This document shows positions 1-11,873 of a stretch of 64,000 nucleotides of DNA, in pieces. The notes beneath the pieces were generated by a model. That model saw nothing but the letters and a program-made list of their open reading frames with translations, searched no databases and had not been told where the DNA came from. The position numbers were made by a program, and so were the translations under genes. Origin of the DNA: an uncultured Actinomycetota bacterium (GTDB taxonomy: Bacteria > Actinomycetota > Actinomycetes > Actinomycetales > Micrococcaceae); assembly GCA_963807805.1 (NCBI GenBank), contig CAWECX010000008.1, positions 110,978-174,977 on the forward strand, read 5' to 3'. Numbering within the stretch: position 1 is the stretch's first letter; the number at the start of each line of letters is the position of its first letter.

Positions 1-163
1 GCTTTGACCACAGCGTGGGACCGAAACCGATCATGTACTTGGTGACCCGCACCTTGAACAGCTTGGCGGGCACCAGGTGGCCGACTTCGTGCAGTGCGAT
101 GGACACGGCAATGCCGATCGCCACGAAGACGACACCAAGGATAAAGAGGAGGACGGGGCTCAT
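1..163 (-). CDS. rseP: Site-2 (M50/RIP) metalloprotease, 5' part, truncated by window edge
   Basis: Manual translation from ATG at 163: [49 protein letters not shown]; HExxH motif; directly downstream of dxr (conserved synteny). Confidence 0.88.
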   Translation of the reverse strand, partial: MSPVLLFILGVVFVAIGIAVSIALHEVGHLVPAKLFKVRVTKYMIGFGPTLWSK

Positions 164-181
164 GGGTGGATCTGCTGCTTC

Positions 182-1366
182 CTAGAGACTGCTGACTGCT
201 AAACGTTCGTGGGCGCGCGCCCGTGCCCACGTTTCAGCTTCCAGTACGGACTCCACCGTCAGCCCGGAAGACCCTGGGTGTTCGCTGAGTACGGCATCGA
301 TGGTATCGACGATGTCGGTGAACCGGATGGTGCCCTGGTGGAAGGCGGTGACCGCTTCCTCGTTGGCCGCGTTGAACACGGCAGGGTAGGTACTCCCCTG
401 TTTGGCGGCGTCCTTGGCAAGGTTCACGGCAGGGAAGGCCAGGGAGTCCAGCGGCTCGAAGGTCCAGCTTGTCGCCTGCGACCAATCGCACGGCGACGCC
501 GCCTTGGGCACCCGGTCCGGCCAGCCCAGCCCAAGGGCAATGGGCAGGCGCATATCCGGCGGCGACGCCTGGGCGATGATGGAGCCGTCAACGAACTGGA
601 CCATGGAATGCACCACGGACTGGGGGTGGACCACGACGTCGATCCGGTCCAGCGGCATGTCAAAGAGCAGGTGGGCTTCGATGACTTCAAGGCCCTTGTT
701 GACCAGGGTTGCCGAGTTGGTGGTGACCATCAGGCCCATGTCCCAGGTGGGATGGGCAAGGGCTTCGCGGGGTGAGACATCGCGCAGCTGTTCGCGGCTT
801 CGGCCTCGGAACGGGCCGCCTGAGGCCGTCAGGATCAGCTTGTCCACTTCAGCGGCGGAGCCTGAGCGCAGGCACTGGGCTATGGCGGAGTGCTCCGAAT
901 CGACGGCGACGATCTGGCCCTCCCTGGCGGCGGCCTTGACCAGCGCTCCGCCGACGATCAGGGATTCCTTGTTCGCCAGGGCGAGGGTTGCCCCGGAGTT
1001 GAGGGCGGCCAGGGTCGGGGCGAGCCCGATGGAACCGGTGATTCCGTTCAGCACAACATCGGCGGCAATCCCCGCGATCCGGGTGGATGCATCGGGGCCG
1101 GCGATGATCTCGGGGCGGTAGTCCTTCCTGCCGGCGGCGCGGGCAGCCTCGGTGACCAGGTGCTGGAGCTGCTTCGGGTCCCCCGAGGCAATGCCGACGG
1201 CGGCAGCGCCGGTATGGACCGCCTGCCGGGCCAGCAGTTCCAGGTTCCCGCCGCCGGCGCTGAGTGCCACGACCTCAAACAGGTGCGGGGCGCCGTCGAC
1301 GACGTCTATCGCCTGGGTTCCGATGGAACCGGTGGATCCGAGGATGACGATTCTGCGAGGCTGCAT
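182..1366 (-). CDS. dxr: 1-deoxy-D-xylulose-5-phosphate reductoisomerase
   Basis: [39 protein letters not shown] and [10 protein letters not shown] motifs. Confidence 0.98.
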   Translation of the reverse strand: MQPRRIVILGSTGSIGTQAIDVVDGAPHLFEVVALSAGGGNLELLARQAVHTGAAAVGIASGDPKQLQHLVTEAARAAGRKDYRPEIIAGPDASTRIAGIAADVVLNGITGSIGLAPTLAALNSGATLALANKESLIVGGALVKAAAREGQIVAVDSEHSAIAQCLRSGSAAEVDKLILTASGGPFRGRSREQLRDVSPREALAHPTWDMGLMVTTNSATLVNKGLEVIEAHLLFDMPLDRIDVVVHPQSVVHSMVQFVDGSIIAQASPPDMRLPIALGLGWPDRVPKAASPCDWSQATSWTFEPLDSLAFPAVNLAKDAAKQGSTYPAVFNAANEEAVTAFHQGTIRFTDIVDTIDAVLSEHPGSSGLTVESVLEAETWARARAHERLAVSSL

Positions 1367-1488
1367 TGCTTAAGTATCCCGCACCTGCGCGGTGGGCCAA
1401 TCCAGCCCGGCCTGCCCGCGCCGGCGCCTGCTTCCGGCGGAGCACCACCCTCTGGGCCGGAGCCTGCGGCGGGCGTAACGTGGACACA

Positions 1489-2955
1489 GTGGACTGGGTT
1501 TCCTGGTTCGACGCCGCGGACTACGAATTTGCCCGGCAGGTGCTGCAGCGCGGCGTTGCAGCATTGTTCTTCGTCGCGTTTCTTTCCTCCTTCAACCAGT
1601 TCCCCGCCCTGCTGGGCGAACGCGGACTGCTGCCGGTGCCCGATTACCTGGCGGGTTCCAGTGCCCGCAGGCGGCCCACGCTCTTCCGCTGGCGCTACTC
1701 GGACCGGCTCCTGCGCTCTGTCTGCACCGCGGGGATGGGCATCGCCCTGGTCCTGGTTGCGGGACTCCCCCAGCTTGGCCCGCCGTGGCTTCCGCTCCTG
1801 GCCTTCCTGGCCTTGTGGCTGCTGTACATGTCCGTCGTCAATGTGGGGCAGACGTTCTACGGCTTCGGCTGGGAAATGCTGCTCCTTGAGGCGGGTTTCA
1901 CCGTGGCGTTCCTCGGCTCGGACCAGACCGAGCCGCCGCGCACCATTCTGCTCCTCGTGGCGTGGCTGGTATTCAGGCTGGAGTTCGGCGCCGGGATGAT
2001 CAAGATCCGGGGCGGCCGCGAGTGGCGGGACCTGACGGCGCTCTACTATCACCACGAGACCCAGCCGATGCCTGGTCCGCTGAGCCGTCAGGCGCACCTG
2101 CTGCCCAAACCCTTCCACCGGCTGGAGGTGCTCGGAAACCATGTCGCGCAGCTGGTGGTGCCTTTTTTCCTGTTCGCGCCGCAGCCCCTCGGCAGCGCCG
2201 CCGCCGGCGTCATCATCTTCACGCAGTTGTGGCTGGTGGCCAGCGGCAACTTCGCCTGGCTGAACTGGATTGCGATTGTGCTGGCCTTCGCCGCGGTCAG
2301 TGATCCTGTGGCGCATGCGGTCCTGCCGTTCCTGCCCCTTGACTGGCACGCACCGGGACCTGGCCAGGGGCCGACCCCCGTATGGTGGCTGGCCATCACC
2401 CTGGCGGCAACGCTGCTGCTGGTCATCCTCAGCTACTGGCCGCTGCGCAACCTGCTGTCCAAACGCCAGCTGATGAACGCCAGCTTCAACCGCTGGCAGC
2501 TGGTCAACACGTATGGGGCGTTCGGGACGGTCACCAGGCAGCGCATTGAGATTGTGGTGGAAGGGACCCTGGATGAGGACCCGGATGAATCTGCTCACTG
2601 GCAGGAGTACGGTTTCAAGGGCAAACCCGGCGATGTCCGCAGGCTGCCCCGCCAGTGGGCTCCATACCACCTGCGCCTGGACTGGCTCATGTGGTTCCTC
2701 CCGCTGCGCACGGTGCATGAGGAATGGTTCTATGCCTTCCTCGCCAAGCTGTTGGAGGCGGACCCCCCGATGCTGCGGCTGCTCCGCCGTGACCCGTTCG
2801 ACGGCGCGCCGCCGCGGTGGGTGCGGGCGCGCAGCTATCACTACCGCTTCGCCACCCGGCGCGAGTTCCGGGCGACAGGTGAACGCTGGGTCCGGACGCC
2901 ACTGTATGAGGCCGTTGCGCCGTTATCGTTGCGGCGCACTCCGCGCCAGCTTTGA
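1489..2955 (+). CDS. Lipase maturation factor (LMF1) family membrane protein
   Basis: GQTFYGFGWEMLLLEAGF, YYHHETQPMPGP and APYHLRLDWLMWF motifs; start set at GTG 1489, 7 nt after TAACGT (leaderless-type -10). Confidence 0.88.
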   Translation: MDWVSWFDAADYEFARQVLQRGVAALFFVAFLSSFNQFPALLGERGLLPVPDYLAGSSARRRPTLFRWRYSDRLLRSVCTAGMGIALVLVAGLPQLGPPWLPLLAFLALWLLYMSVVNVGQTFYGFGWEMLLLEAGFTVAFLGSDQTEPPRTILLLVAWLVFRLEFGAGMIKIRGGREWRDLTALYYHHETQPMPGPLSRQAHLLPKPFHRLEVLGNHVAQLVVPFFLFAPQPLGSAAAGVIIFTQLWLVASGNFAWLNWIAIVLAFAAVSDPVAHAVLPFLPLDWHAPGPGQGPTPVWWLAITLAATLLLVILSYWPLRNLLSKRQLMNASFNRWQLVNTYGAFGTVTRQRIEIVVEGTLDEDPDESAHWQEYGFKGKPGDVRRLPRQWAPYHLRLDWLMWFLPLRTVHEEWFYAFLAKLLEADPPMLRLLRRDPFDGAPPRWVRARSYHYRFATRREFRATGERWVRTPLYEAVAPLSLRRTPRQL

Positions 2956-3032
2956 CAGCCGGACGGTCACGGCCAGGCGTTAACAGCCGGGCCGTATCGG
3001 CCAGGCCGGACGCAACGTGCCGGGTGTCCCTG

Positions 3033-3869
3033 CTAGTTATGGATTCCCGCGCGGCGGATCGTGGCTTCGGCATGCTTGAGGATGGGCCCGTCGATCATCT
3101 TGCCGTTGAACTGGAAGACACCGGAACCGGCCGAGGCTGCGGCCTGCAGCAACTCCTTCGCGGCGGACACGTCAGCCCCGGAAGGTGCATAGGCTTCCCG
3201 GACCACGGCTGCCTGGGTGGGGTGGATGCAGGCCTTTGATCCGAACCCGGAGGCCACGGCATCGGCTGCCTCCACGGCAAGTCCGTCAAGGTCCGGGATG
3301 TTGACGTACACCGCATCCACGGCTGCCTTCCCGGCCGCGCCGGCTGCAAGGAGCACCGTGGAACGGGCGTGCAGTGCAACCGCCCGGTAGCCGCCGTCGT
3401 CCTTCCTGCTGGAGGTGCCGCCCAAGGAGGCGATCAGGTCCTCGGCACCCCACATCAGGGCCACCACGTTCGGCTCAGCGGCGATGGCGGCGGCGTTCAG
3501 GACACCCGCCGCCGTCTCGCACAGGGCAATGACGTGGTACCCGGCGAGCGCCTTGAGCTGCGCGGGACTTTCCGCCTTGGCCAGCATCACCGTTGTGTAC
3601 GGCGTGTGGGCCAGGCAGTGCAGGTCTTTGTCGAATTCGTCCGTGCCCGCAGGGTTGATCCGCACGATGGTGCGGCTCGGGTCCAGCTCGGGAACATCAG
3701 CGGCACCGACCTGCGCCAGGATGGCTCCGCGCGCCCTCTGCTTGTCCGCGGGGGCCACAGCATCCTCGAGGTCGAGGATGACGGCGTCCGCACGCTCTGA
3801 GGCTTTCTGGTACCGCTCGGGGCGGTCTGCCGGGCAGAAAAGGAGGGCCGGTCCCATCACAAAACTCAT
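3033..3869 (-). CDS. citE: CitE-like (HpcH/HpaI family) CoA-ester lyase
   Basis: [27 protein letters not shown] and GKMIDGP motifs; ATG overlaps the MaoC stop. Confidence 0.88.
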   Translation of the reverse strand: MSFVMGPALLFCPADRPERYQKASERADAVILDLEDAVAPADKQRARGAILAQVGAADVPELDPSRTIVRINPAGTDEFDKDLHCLAHTPYTTVMLAKAESPAQLKALAGYHVIALCETAAGVLNAAAIAAEPNVVALMWGAEDLIASLGGTSSRKDDGGYRAVALHARSTVLLAAGAAGKAAVDAVYVNIPDLDGLAVEAADAVASGFGSKACIHPTQAAVVREAYAPSGADVSAAKELLQAAASAGSGVFQFNGKMIDGPILKHAEATIRRAGIHN

Positions 3870-4393
3870 ACCGCCATTGTCCCCTTTTGGCTGGCCGATT
3901 GCTGCCCGGCATGTGCTTCCCGCGTCCACATGAGGCAGCTGCGGGTGGCCAGCGCCACCACGGTGCCGTCCTGGTTCCGGCCGGTGTGCTGCATCGTCAC
4001 GATGCCTTGGCCCGGCCTGGATCCGGAAAGTCTCTTGCCGGTGATCGTGGTCTCCGTATACAGGGTGTCCCCGTGGTACAGCGGGTGCGGGAAGGATACG
4101 TCCGTCAGGCCCAGCTGGGCGATGATGGTGCCCTGGGTCAGCTGTGACACTGACTGGCCCACCACGGTGGAGAGCGTGAACATGGAGTTGACCAGGCGCT
4201 GGCCGAAAGGCTGGCCTGCGCTCCAGGCGGCGTCCAGGTGCAGGGCCTGGGTGTTCATGGTGAGTGTGGTGAACAGGACGTTGTCCGCCTCCGTCACGGT
4301 GCGGCCCGGCCGGTGGGCGTACAACACGCCTTCTTCCAGCTCGTCGAAGTACAGGCCACGCTGCTCGATGACCCGGGGGTTGTCGGCCGTCAT
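3866..4393 (-). CDS. MaoC-family (R)-specific enoyl-CoA hydratase/dehydratase
   Basis: C-terminal part of ORF 3866..5152 starting [19 protein letters not shown]; [24 protein letters not shown] hotdog motif; ATGA overlap with the upstream stop. Confidence 0.88.
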   Translation of the reverse strand: MTADNPRVIEQRGLYFDELEEGVLYAHRPGRTVTEADNVLFTTLTMNTQALHLDAAWSAGQPFGQRLVNSMFTLSTVVGQSVSQLTQGTIIAQLGLTDVSFPHPLYHGDTLYTETTITGKRLSGSRPGQGIVTMQHTGRNQDGTVVALATRSCLMWTREAHAGQQSASQKGTMAV

Positions 4394-5152
4394 ACGGTCA
4401 GTTCCTGGTCCTCTTCGAAAAGCTCCGCCCCGGTGGCGGTGGCCACGTCCTCCACTGACACGTTGGGGGCCAGCTCGCGCAGCACCAGCCTGGACGGACC
4501 CGCCATCGGTGACGACGTCGATCACGGCGAGGTCGGTGATGATCCGGTCCACGCAGGCTTTCCCCGTGAGCGGCAGCGAACACCGCTCCACGATCTTGGG
4601 CCGGCCGTTGCGGTCCACGTGTTCCATCATGACGATCACCTTCTTGGCGCCGAACACCAGGTCCATGGCGCCGCCCATGCCTTTGACCATCTTGCCGGGG
4701 ATCATCCAGTTGGCGAGGTCGCCGTTGGCGGCCACCTCCATGGCGCCCAGGACCGCGACGTCCACGTGGCCGCCGCGGATCATCCCGAACGACGAGGCTG
4801 AGTCGAAGAACGCCGCACCACTGTTGACGGTGACGGTTTCCTTTCCGGCGTTGATCAGGTCCGGGTCCACCGCGTCCTCTGCAGGATAGGGCCCGACGCC
4901 GAGGATGCCGTTTTCGGAGTGCAGCACCACTTCAACGCCCGCCGGGATGTAGTTGGGAATCAGGGTGGGCATGCCGATCCCCAGGTTGACGTATTGGCCG
5001 TTGCTGAGCTCCTTGGCCACCCGGGCGGCCAGCTCGTTGCGGGTCCAGCCCTTGGTTTCCGGGCTGACACCGTCCGGATGGCCGGCGGCGGCGCGCCGGT
5101 ATTCGGGACGGACTGCTTCCGGCCGTGGTGCTTCGGCGCTGTTCGGCTCCAT
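4390..5152 (-). CDS. scoB: 3-oxoacid CoA-transferase subunit B (apparent +1 insertion near 4495)
   Basis: [10 protein letters not shown], catalytic [13 protein letters not shown]; expected C-terminus [24 protein letters not shown] continues in another frame to TGA at 4390. Confidence 0.88.
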
Positions 5153-5154
5153 GG

Positions 5155-5949
5155 CTATGCTCCTGCCTGTGCTGTTGCCTGATCAGATCCGGCCGGCGCT
5201 GTGAGGGCTACTGTCCGCTTTTCGATGCGTTTTTCACCGGCGGGGACAACCACGACGCGCTGGACGAAGATCCCCGGCGTGTGGACGTGCTCCGGGTCCA
5301 GCTCCCCCGGTTCCACCAGTTCCTCCACCTCCGCGATGGTGATCCTGCCGGCCATGGCGCAGAGCGGGTTGAAGTTCATGGCGGTGGCGTGAAAGACGAG
5401 GTTCCCGTGGCGGTCGCCCTTCCACGCGTGCACCAGGCCGAAATCAGGGGTCAGCGATTCTTCCAGCACGTACTCCACCCCATTGAAGGTTCGCACTTCC
5501 TTGGGTGCCGAGGCGATCGCTATTCCGCCGTCGGCGTCGTACTTCTGCGGCAGGCCGCCGTCGGAAACCTGGGTGCCTACCCCGGCTTTGGTGTAGAAGG
5601 CGGGGATCCCGGCGCCGCCGGCCCGCAGCTTTTCCGCCAGCGTTCCCTGCGGGGTGAGCTCAACTTCCAGTTCGCCGGACAGGTACTGCCGGGCGAATTC
5701 CTTGTTCTCTCCCACATAGGAGCTGATGGTGCGGCGAATCCGGCCGTCGCGGAGCAGGACGCCAAGTCCCCAGTCGTCCACGCCGCAGTTGTTGCTCACC
5801 GTTTCGAGGTCCTTGGTGCCGTGACGGTGGAGGGCATCGATGAGGGCCACCGGGATACCGCACAGCCCGAACCCGCCCACCGCGAGGGAGGCGCCGTCGG
5901 GGATGTCCGCAATCGCTTCCCCGGCGCTGGCAACAACCTTGTTTATCAT
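5155..5949 (-). CDS. scoA: 3-oxoacid CoA-transferase subunit A
   Basis: [37 protein letters not shown] motifs. Confidence 0.95.
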   Translation of the reverse strand: MINKVVASAGEAIADIPDGASLAVGGFGLCGIPVALIDALHRHGTKDLETVSNNCGVDDWGLGVLLRDGRIRRTISSYVGENKEFARQYLSGELEVELTPQGTLAEKLRAGGAGIPAFYTKAGVGTQVSDGGLPQKYDADGGIAIASAPKEVRTFNGVEYVLEESLTPDFGLVHAWKGDRHGNLVFHATAMNFNPLCAMAGRITIAEVEELVEPGELDPEHVHTPGIFVQRVVVVPAGEKRIEKRTVALTAPAGSDQATAQAGA

Positions 5950-5984
5950 CAGTGATCCTTTCAGGCCGGCTGCAGTCCGAGGTA

Positions 5985-7148
5985 CTACAGACCCAGTTCG
6001 CGGGCGATCAGCATCAGCTGGACCTCCGTGGTGCCCTCCCCCACCTCCAGGATCTTGGAGTCGCGGTAGTGGCGCGCCACGGTGAATTCGTTGATGAAGC
6101 CATAGCCGCCGAACACCTGGGTGGCGTCCCGCGCGTTGTCCATGGCTGCCTCGCCTGCGACCATCTTAGCGATGGCCGCCTGGGTCTTGAACGGCTTGCC
6201 GGCGAGCATTCTGGCGGCCGCATCGTAGTAGGCCAGGCGCGCCGTGTGCGCCCGCGCCTGCATGCGCGCGATCTTGAACGCGATTGCCTGGTGCTTGCCG
6301 ATGTTGTGGCCAAAGGCGCTGCGTTCGGTGGCGTACTTAACCGACAGGTCAACGCACCCCTGGGCTGCGCCGGTGGCGAGGGCGGCGATGGCAATCCGGC
6401 CCTCGTCCAGGATGGAGAGGAAGTTGGCGTACCCGCGGCCCTCTTCCCCGAGGAGGTTGGCCTCCGGGACACGGACGTCCTTGAGGGTCAGGGGATGGGT
6501 GTCGGAGGCGTTCCAGCCCACCTTGTTGTAGGCCTTTTCGGCCCGGAAGCCTGGTGTGCCGGTGGGCACCAGGATAGTGGAGATCGCCTTCCGGACACTG
6601 CCGTCCGCTCGTTCCTCCTGCCCGGTGACAGCGGTGACCGTGACCAGGCGGGTGATGTCTGTTCCGGAGTTGGTGATGAACTCCTTGTTGCCGTTGATCA
6701 CCCATTCGCCGCCTTCACGGCGGGCATGGGTCTTGGTGCCTCCGGCGTCAGAGCCCGCCTCCGGCTCGGTGAGGCCGAAACCGGCGAGCGCCTGGCCCGA
6801 CGCCAGCATGGGAAGCCACTCCTCTTTCTGGGCGTCAGATCCGAACCGGTAGATGGGCATGGCACCCAGGGAGACCCCGGCCTCCAGCGTGATGGCCACG
6901 GACTGGTCTACCCGGCCCAGTTGCTCGAGCGCCAGCGCCAGGGCGAAGTAGTCCCCGCCCATCCCGCCGTGTTCTTCGGGGAACGGCAGCCCGAACAGGC
7001 CCATGTCCGCCATCTGCTTCACGATCCCGTAGGGAAAGCTGTGCTCCTCATCGTGTTTGGCGGATACCGGGGCGACGACGTTGTCCGCGAAGTCCCGGAC
7101 GGTGTCGCTGAGGTCCTGGTATTCCTCGGTGAGATCAAAATCTGGCAT
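5985..7148 (-). CDS. Acyl-CoA dehydrogenase (FadE19/isovaleryl-CoA-like)
   Basis: [42 protein letters not shown]; lies in the leucine catabolic cluster. Confidence 0.93.
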   Translation of the reverse strand: MPDFDLTEEYQDLSDTVRDFADNVVAPVSAKHDEEHSFPYGIVKQMADMGLFGLPFPEEHGGMGGDYFALALALEQLGRVDQSVAITLEAGVSLGAMPIYRFGSDAQKEEWLPMLASGQALAGFGLTEPEAGSDAGGTKTHARREGGEWVINGNKEFITNSGTDITRLVTVTAVTGQEERADGSVRKAISTILVPTGTPGFRAEKAYNKVGWNASDTHPLTLKDVRVPEANLLGEEGRGYANFLSILDEGRIAIAALATGAAQGCVDLSVKYATERSAFGHNIGKHQAIAFKIARMQARAHTARLAYYDAAARMLAGKPFKTQAAIAKMVAGEAAMDNARDATQVFGGYGFINEFTVARHYRDSKILEVGEGTTEVQLMLIARELGL

Positions 7149-7150
7149 GG

Positions 7151-9344
7151 CTAGGCTCCCTCGCCTGTGGTGGATTGAATGGTGGCCAGGACCTGGTCGA
7201 GTTTGACCAGGTCCCCGGCCTTGGCAGTGATGTGGACCGTGCCGGCTACTTCAGCCACCAGCTGGTGTTCCATCTTCATGGCTTCCACAGAGAGGAGCAC
7301 CTGGCCAGCGGACACGGTATCGCCGTCGTTGACGGCAACCGAAACTACGGTGCCCGGCATGGGCGAGCGGACCTCCGGGTCTGCCGCACCGTCCTCCCGA
7401 TGGATGGCGGCAAGGACCCTGGCAAGCCGGGCTTCCCTCGTCAGGACCTCCAGCCGGCATGCCCAGCCCGCATTGCCCAGGAACAGTTCCGATGGCACGG
7501 CCGCGGCGGCGGTGCTGCGGGTGCCCCCGGCCGGCATGCCCCCGCTCCCCGGGGCAACGGTGTATTCCGTCGCCACGCCGTCGAGGGTCAGCACCGCTTG
7601 GTGGCGTGCGGTGAACTCCAGTGACGCCTGGCGTTCCGGCCCGCCGTCCACCGTGATCCTGACCGGACCGGCTGCGGCGCGGCCGGTGATCCGAAGGACA
7701 GCGGCCCCGCCGTCGGGTGTTCCCAGGCTGACGCGGCGCGGTGCAGGGGCGCCCGACCCGCCAGCCGTTGCGTGCCTGCCACGGACCCGGACGGCGCCTG
7801 CTGCGGTGTCCTGTTCTTCCCGTGACATGGCGTACAGGGCTGCCGCCACAAGCTCGGTATCTGCAATGCGCCGGAAGGCGCAGGCCGGGCAGTCTTGCGT
7901 TCGATCAGCCCGGTGTCGAGGTGGCCTGCGCGGACATCAGGATCGTTGATCAGCAGCCGCAGGTATTCCACGTTGGTGTCGATCCCCAGGGCGGTGTACC
8001 CGGCGAGCGCCTGATCCAGGGTGTCAAGGGCAGCCGTGCGGTCTGTCGCCCCACGCGATGACCTTGGAGATCATGGGGTCGTAGCTTGACGGAGAGCTCG
8101 AGTCCCTCGAGGAGGGACGAATCGACGCGGATACGGCTGGCCGCCACGTCCGCCGGGCCGGGCGCTGTGGACCGGCCGGCCGGACCGGAACGTTCGTCCA
8201 GCAGGTGCACCGTCCCGGTGGAGGGCAGGAAGTTCTTTTCCGGGATCTCCGCATAGACGCGCGCTTCGGCTGCATGCCCGCGAAGTACGACGTCGGCCTG
8301 GCGGACGGTGAGTTCCTCACCGGCGGCGATCCGGACCTGCCATTCGACCAGGTCGAGACCGGTGACCATCTCGGTGACCGGGTGCTCCACCTGCAGGCGG
8401 GTGTTCATCTCCATAAAGAAGAACTCGTCCGGAGCCTCGTCGGAGACGAGGAATTCCACGGTTCCGGCGCCACTGTAGTGGACGCTGCGGGCGGCCTGGC
8501 AGGCGGCCTCGCCGATCCGGGCACGGGTGGCACCGCCGTCGTTCAACGAATCCAGCAGCGGCGACGGAGCTTCCTCGATGACCTTCTGGTGACGGCGCTG
8601 CAGTGAACACTCGCGCTCCCCCAGGTGGATCACGTTGCCGTGGTTGTCGGCCAGGACCTGGACCTCGATGTGCCGCGGCGTGCGGACCAGGCGTTCAAGG
8701 AACAGGGTGTCGTCGCCGAAGGCGCCGGCGGCCACGCGGCGGGCGGTCGCCAGCGTGGCTTCCAGCTCTTCGGGGCGTTCCACGACGTGCATGCCCTTGC
8801 CGCCGCCGCCGGCCGAGGGCTTGATCAGCAGCGGGAACCCGACGGCGGGCGCCGCTTCCATCAGCTGCTTGTCCGACATGCCCGGTTCGGCAACGCCCGG
8901 AACCACGGGAACGCCGTAGCCTGCCACATGGTTCTTGGACCGGATCTTGTCCCCCATGACATTCAGGGACTCGACGCCCGGGCCGATGAACGTGATGCCC
9001 GCCTGTTCCAGTGCCCGGGCGAACTCGACGTTCTCGCTGAGGAAGCCGTAGCCGGGGTGGACGGCCTCTGCACCGGTACGCGCGGCAGGCCTGGATGATG
9101 GCGTCGATCTTCAGGTAGCTCTCAGCTGCGGCGGCGGGCCCGATCCGCACGGCAGCGTCGGCCTCGCGCACGTGGCGTGGCACCGGCGTCGGCATCGCTG
9201 TAGACGGCAACCGAGCGGATGCCGAGGGCACGAAGGGTGCGGATCACGCGGCAGGCGATCTCACCGCGGTTGGCAACAAGGACGGTGCCGAACAGGGTGT
9301 CGTGGCTCCGGCGCTGCCTTGGCCAGTTGGGGTGCTTCAGTCAT
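7151..9344 (-). CDS. Biotin carboxylase/biotin carrier subunit (methylcrotonyl-CoA carboxylase alpha-like, AccA1); several apparent frameshifts
   Basis: [13 protein letters not shown] near 9250-9295, [30 protein letters not shown] and biotinylation site EAMKM, spread over several frames. Confidence 0.88.
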
Positions 9345-9351
9345 TGCTGGC

Positions 9352-10960
9352 TCACATCCTGAAGAGGCCGAAGGATGTCTCCGGCAGCGGGGTGCGGGAG
9401 ACGACGTCGAGCGCCAGTCCCAGGACGGTGCGGGTGTCCGCGGGGTCGATCACGCCGTCATCCCAGAGGCGGGCCGTGGAGTAGTACGGACTGCCCTGGT
9501 CCTCATACTGCTGCTTGATGGGGGCCTTGAACGCCTCCTCGTCGTCGGCTGACCAGTCCTCTCCGCGGGCCTCGTACTGGTCGCGCTTGACCGTGGCGAG
9601 CACGCTGGAGGCCTGGTTCCCGCCCATTACGGAGATCCGCGATGCCGGCCACATCCAGAGGAACCGCGGCGAGTAGGCGCGACCGCACATGGAGTAGTTG
9701 CCCGCACCGAAGGACCCGCCGATCACCACTGTCAGTTTGGGTACCCGGGCCGTGGCCACCGCCGTGACCATTTTGGCGCCGTTCTTGGCGATGCCGCCCT
9801 GCTCGGAATCCTTGCCCACCATGAACCCGGAAATGTTCTGCAGGAAAATCAGCGGAATGCCGCGCTGGTCGCAGAGTTCGATGAAGTGGGCGCCCTTGAG
9901 CGAGGACTCGCTGAACAGGACGCCGTTGTTGGCCACGATCCCCACGGGGTGCCCGTGCAGCCGGGCAAAGCCGGTCACCAGCGTGGCGCCGTATTCCTTT
10001 TTGAACTCATGGAAGCTGCTGCCGTCCACCAGCCGCGCGATGACCTCGCGGACGTCGTACGGGGCATTGACGTCCGTGGGCACGGCACCGTAGAGCCCGG
10101 CGGGGTCGGCAACGGGTTCGACGGCGGGCTCGACGTCCCACACGGGGGCCGGGGGTTTGGGGAGGGTCGAAACGATGTCGCGGATGATCTGCAGGGCGTG
10201 TTCGTCGTTTTCGGCCAGGTGGTCCGTGACTCCCGAGATCTTCGCGTGGACATCGCCGCCGCCGAGCTCCTCGGCGGTGACCATCTCGCCGATTGCTGCC
10301 TTCACCAGCGGCGGGCCGCCGAGGAAGATGGTGCCCTGGTTCCGAACGATCACTGTTTCGTCGCTCATGGCAGGGACGTAGGCCCCGCCGGCGGTGCAGG
10401 AGCCCAGCACGGCGGCGATCTGCGGAATTTTGGCGGCCGAGAGCCTGGCCTGGTTGTAGAAGATCCGGCCGAAGTGCTCCCTGTCCGGGAAGACCTCGTC
10501 CTGCCTGGGCAGGAATGCTCCGCCCGAGTCCACCAGGTAGACGCAGGGCAGCCGGTTTTCGAAGGCGATTTCCTGGGCACGGAGATGCTTCTTCACCGTC
10601 ATCGGGTAGTAGGTGCCGCCCTTGACCGTGGCGTCGTTGGAGACAACCAGCACCTGGCGGCCGTGGACCAGGCCGATGCCCGCGATGACGCCGGCACCGG
10701 GCGAGTCATCGTTGTACATGCCGTTGGCTGCAAGCGGGCGCGATCTCCAGGAAGGGGCTGCCGTCGTCGAGCAGCTGGTCAATGCGTTCGCGCGGCAGCA
10801 GCTTGCCACGGGCGGCGTGGCGTTCCCTGGACTTCTCCGGCCCGCCCAGGGCGGCGTCAGCCAGCCTGGCCCTGAGCTCGGCTGCGAGCGCTGCCTGCGC
10901 GGACTCGTTGGCTGCGAAAGCTTCGCTCCCGGTATCAAGCCGGCTGGTGAGGGTCTCCAT
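9352..10960 (-). CDS. Acyl-CoA carboxylase carboxyltransferase subunit (methylcrotonyl-CoA carboxylase beta-like, AccD1); frameshift near 10740
   Basis: METLTSRLD...[15 protein letters not shown] joins [33 protein letters not shown]...FGLFRM. Confidence 0.9.
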
Positions 10961-11006
10961 CGACGGGCTCCAGTCCTGTTCTCCGGGCGCCAGAGAGGCC
11001 AGCTCG

Positions 11007-11048
11007 GTTAGTGCCACATAACTGAGATTCAGGTTAGTCTCTATTAAC
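11007..11048. promoter_or_regulatory. Tandem TetR (BkaR-like) operators GTTAGT-N4-(C/A)(A/T)TAAC
   Basis: GTTAGTGCCACATAAC at 11007-11022 and GTTAGTCTCTATTAAC at 11033-11048, in the divergent accD1/tetR spacer; resembles the mycobacterial BkaR (Rv2506) motif GTTANT-N4-ANTAAC as recalled. Confidence 0.75.
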
Positions 11049-11103
11049 TGTGATGTCCAACACAGGGATGCGTTGTTAGAATTTGCTGGTCCGAGGAGGA
11101 ATT

Positions 11104-11821
11104 GTGCCCACTACCCCACCGGTGGAGTCATCCCTGAAAGCCCTGTCCGGCACGCCACTGCCGGCGGAAGACGGCGCTGGCTCGCCGCACGCTGGTCCGG
11201 GAGCCCACACTGCACCGGGGACCCAGCGCAGCCAGGCCAAAGAGGTCCGGCGCCAGGCGCTGCTGACTGCCGCCGCGTCGCTGTTCGCCGCGAACGGGTT
11301 CAACCGGGTGTCCCTGGAGGACCTGGGGGCCGCAGCCGGGGTCAGCGGCCCGGCGGTGTACCGCCACTTCCCGGGCAAGCAGGCAGTGCTGGGCGACCTG
11401 CTGCTGACGGTCAGCCGGGAACTGCTGGACGGCGGGCAGCAGGGTGGTGGCTGAAACCGCAGATCCGCTCGCGGCGCTGCGGCGGCTGGTGGCGTTCCAG
11501 GTGGACTTCGCCCTGGGCAAGCCCGACGTGATCCGGGTCCAGGACCGGGACTTCAGCAACCTCTCCGCGACGGACCAGTCGGAGGTGCGGGCGCTGCAGC
11601 GCAAGTACGTGGAGCTCTGGGTGGACGTCCTGGCCCGGCTGCACCCGGGCACCGACGCCGCAGAACTTCGGATGCGGGCGCACGCCACGTTCGGCCTGAT
11701 CAACTCCACTCCGCATTCGGTGCGGAGCCATGGCCGGAAGATCGCCGCCAGAGCCGCCCGCCCGCTGCTGGAAAGCATGGCACTGGCGGCACTCACGGCA
11801 GAAGCGGCGAAGGCGCCGTAG
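11104..11821 (+). CDS. TetR-family regulator (BkaR/Rv2506-like); frameshift near 11440
   Basis: GAGGAGG SD before GTG; [39 protein letters not shown]; C-terminal [12 protein letters not shown] in the next frame. Confidence 0.88.
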
Positions 11822-11873
11822 CCGGGGGCGTGATCGGCCAGGCCCGCGACGCCCGGCCGATCCTTCCCCGGTC

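Noticed and set aside
3866-5152. Apparent ScoB-MaoC fusion protein (428-aa ORF)
   Set aside because: A +1 frameshift near 4495 creates it; the native ScoB C-terminus and an ATGA stop/start overlap at 4390-4393 are visible in the other frame
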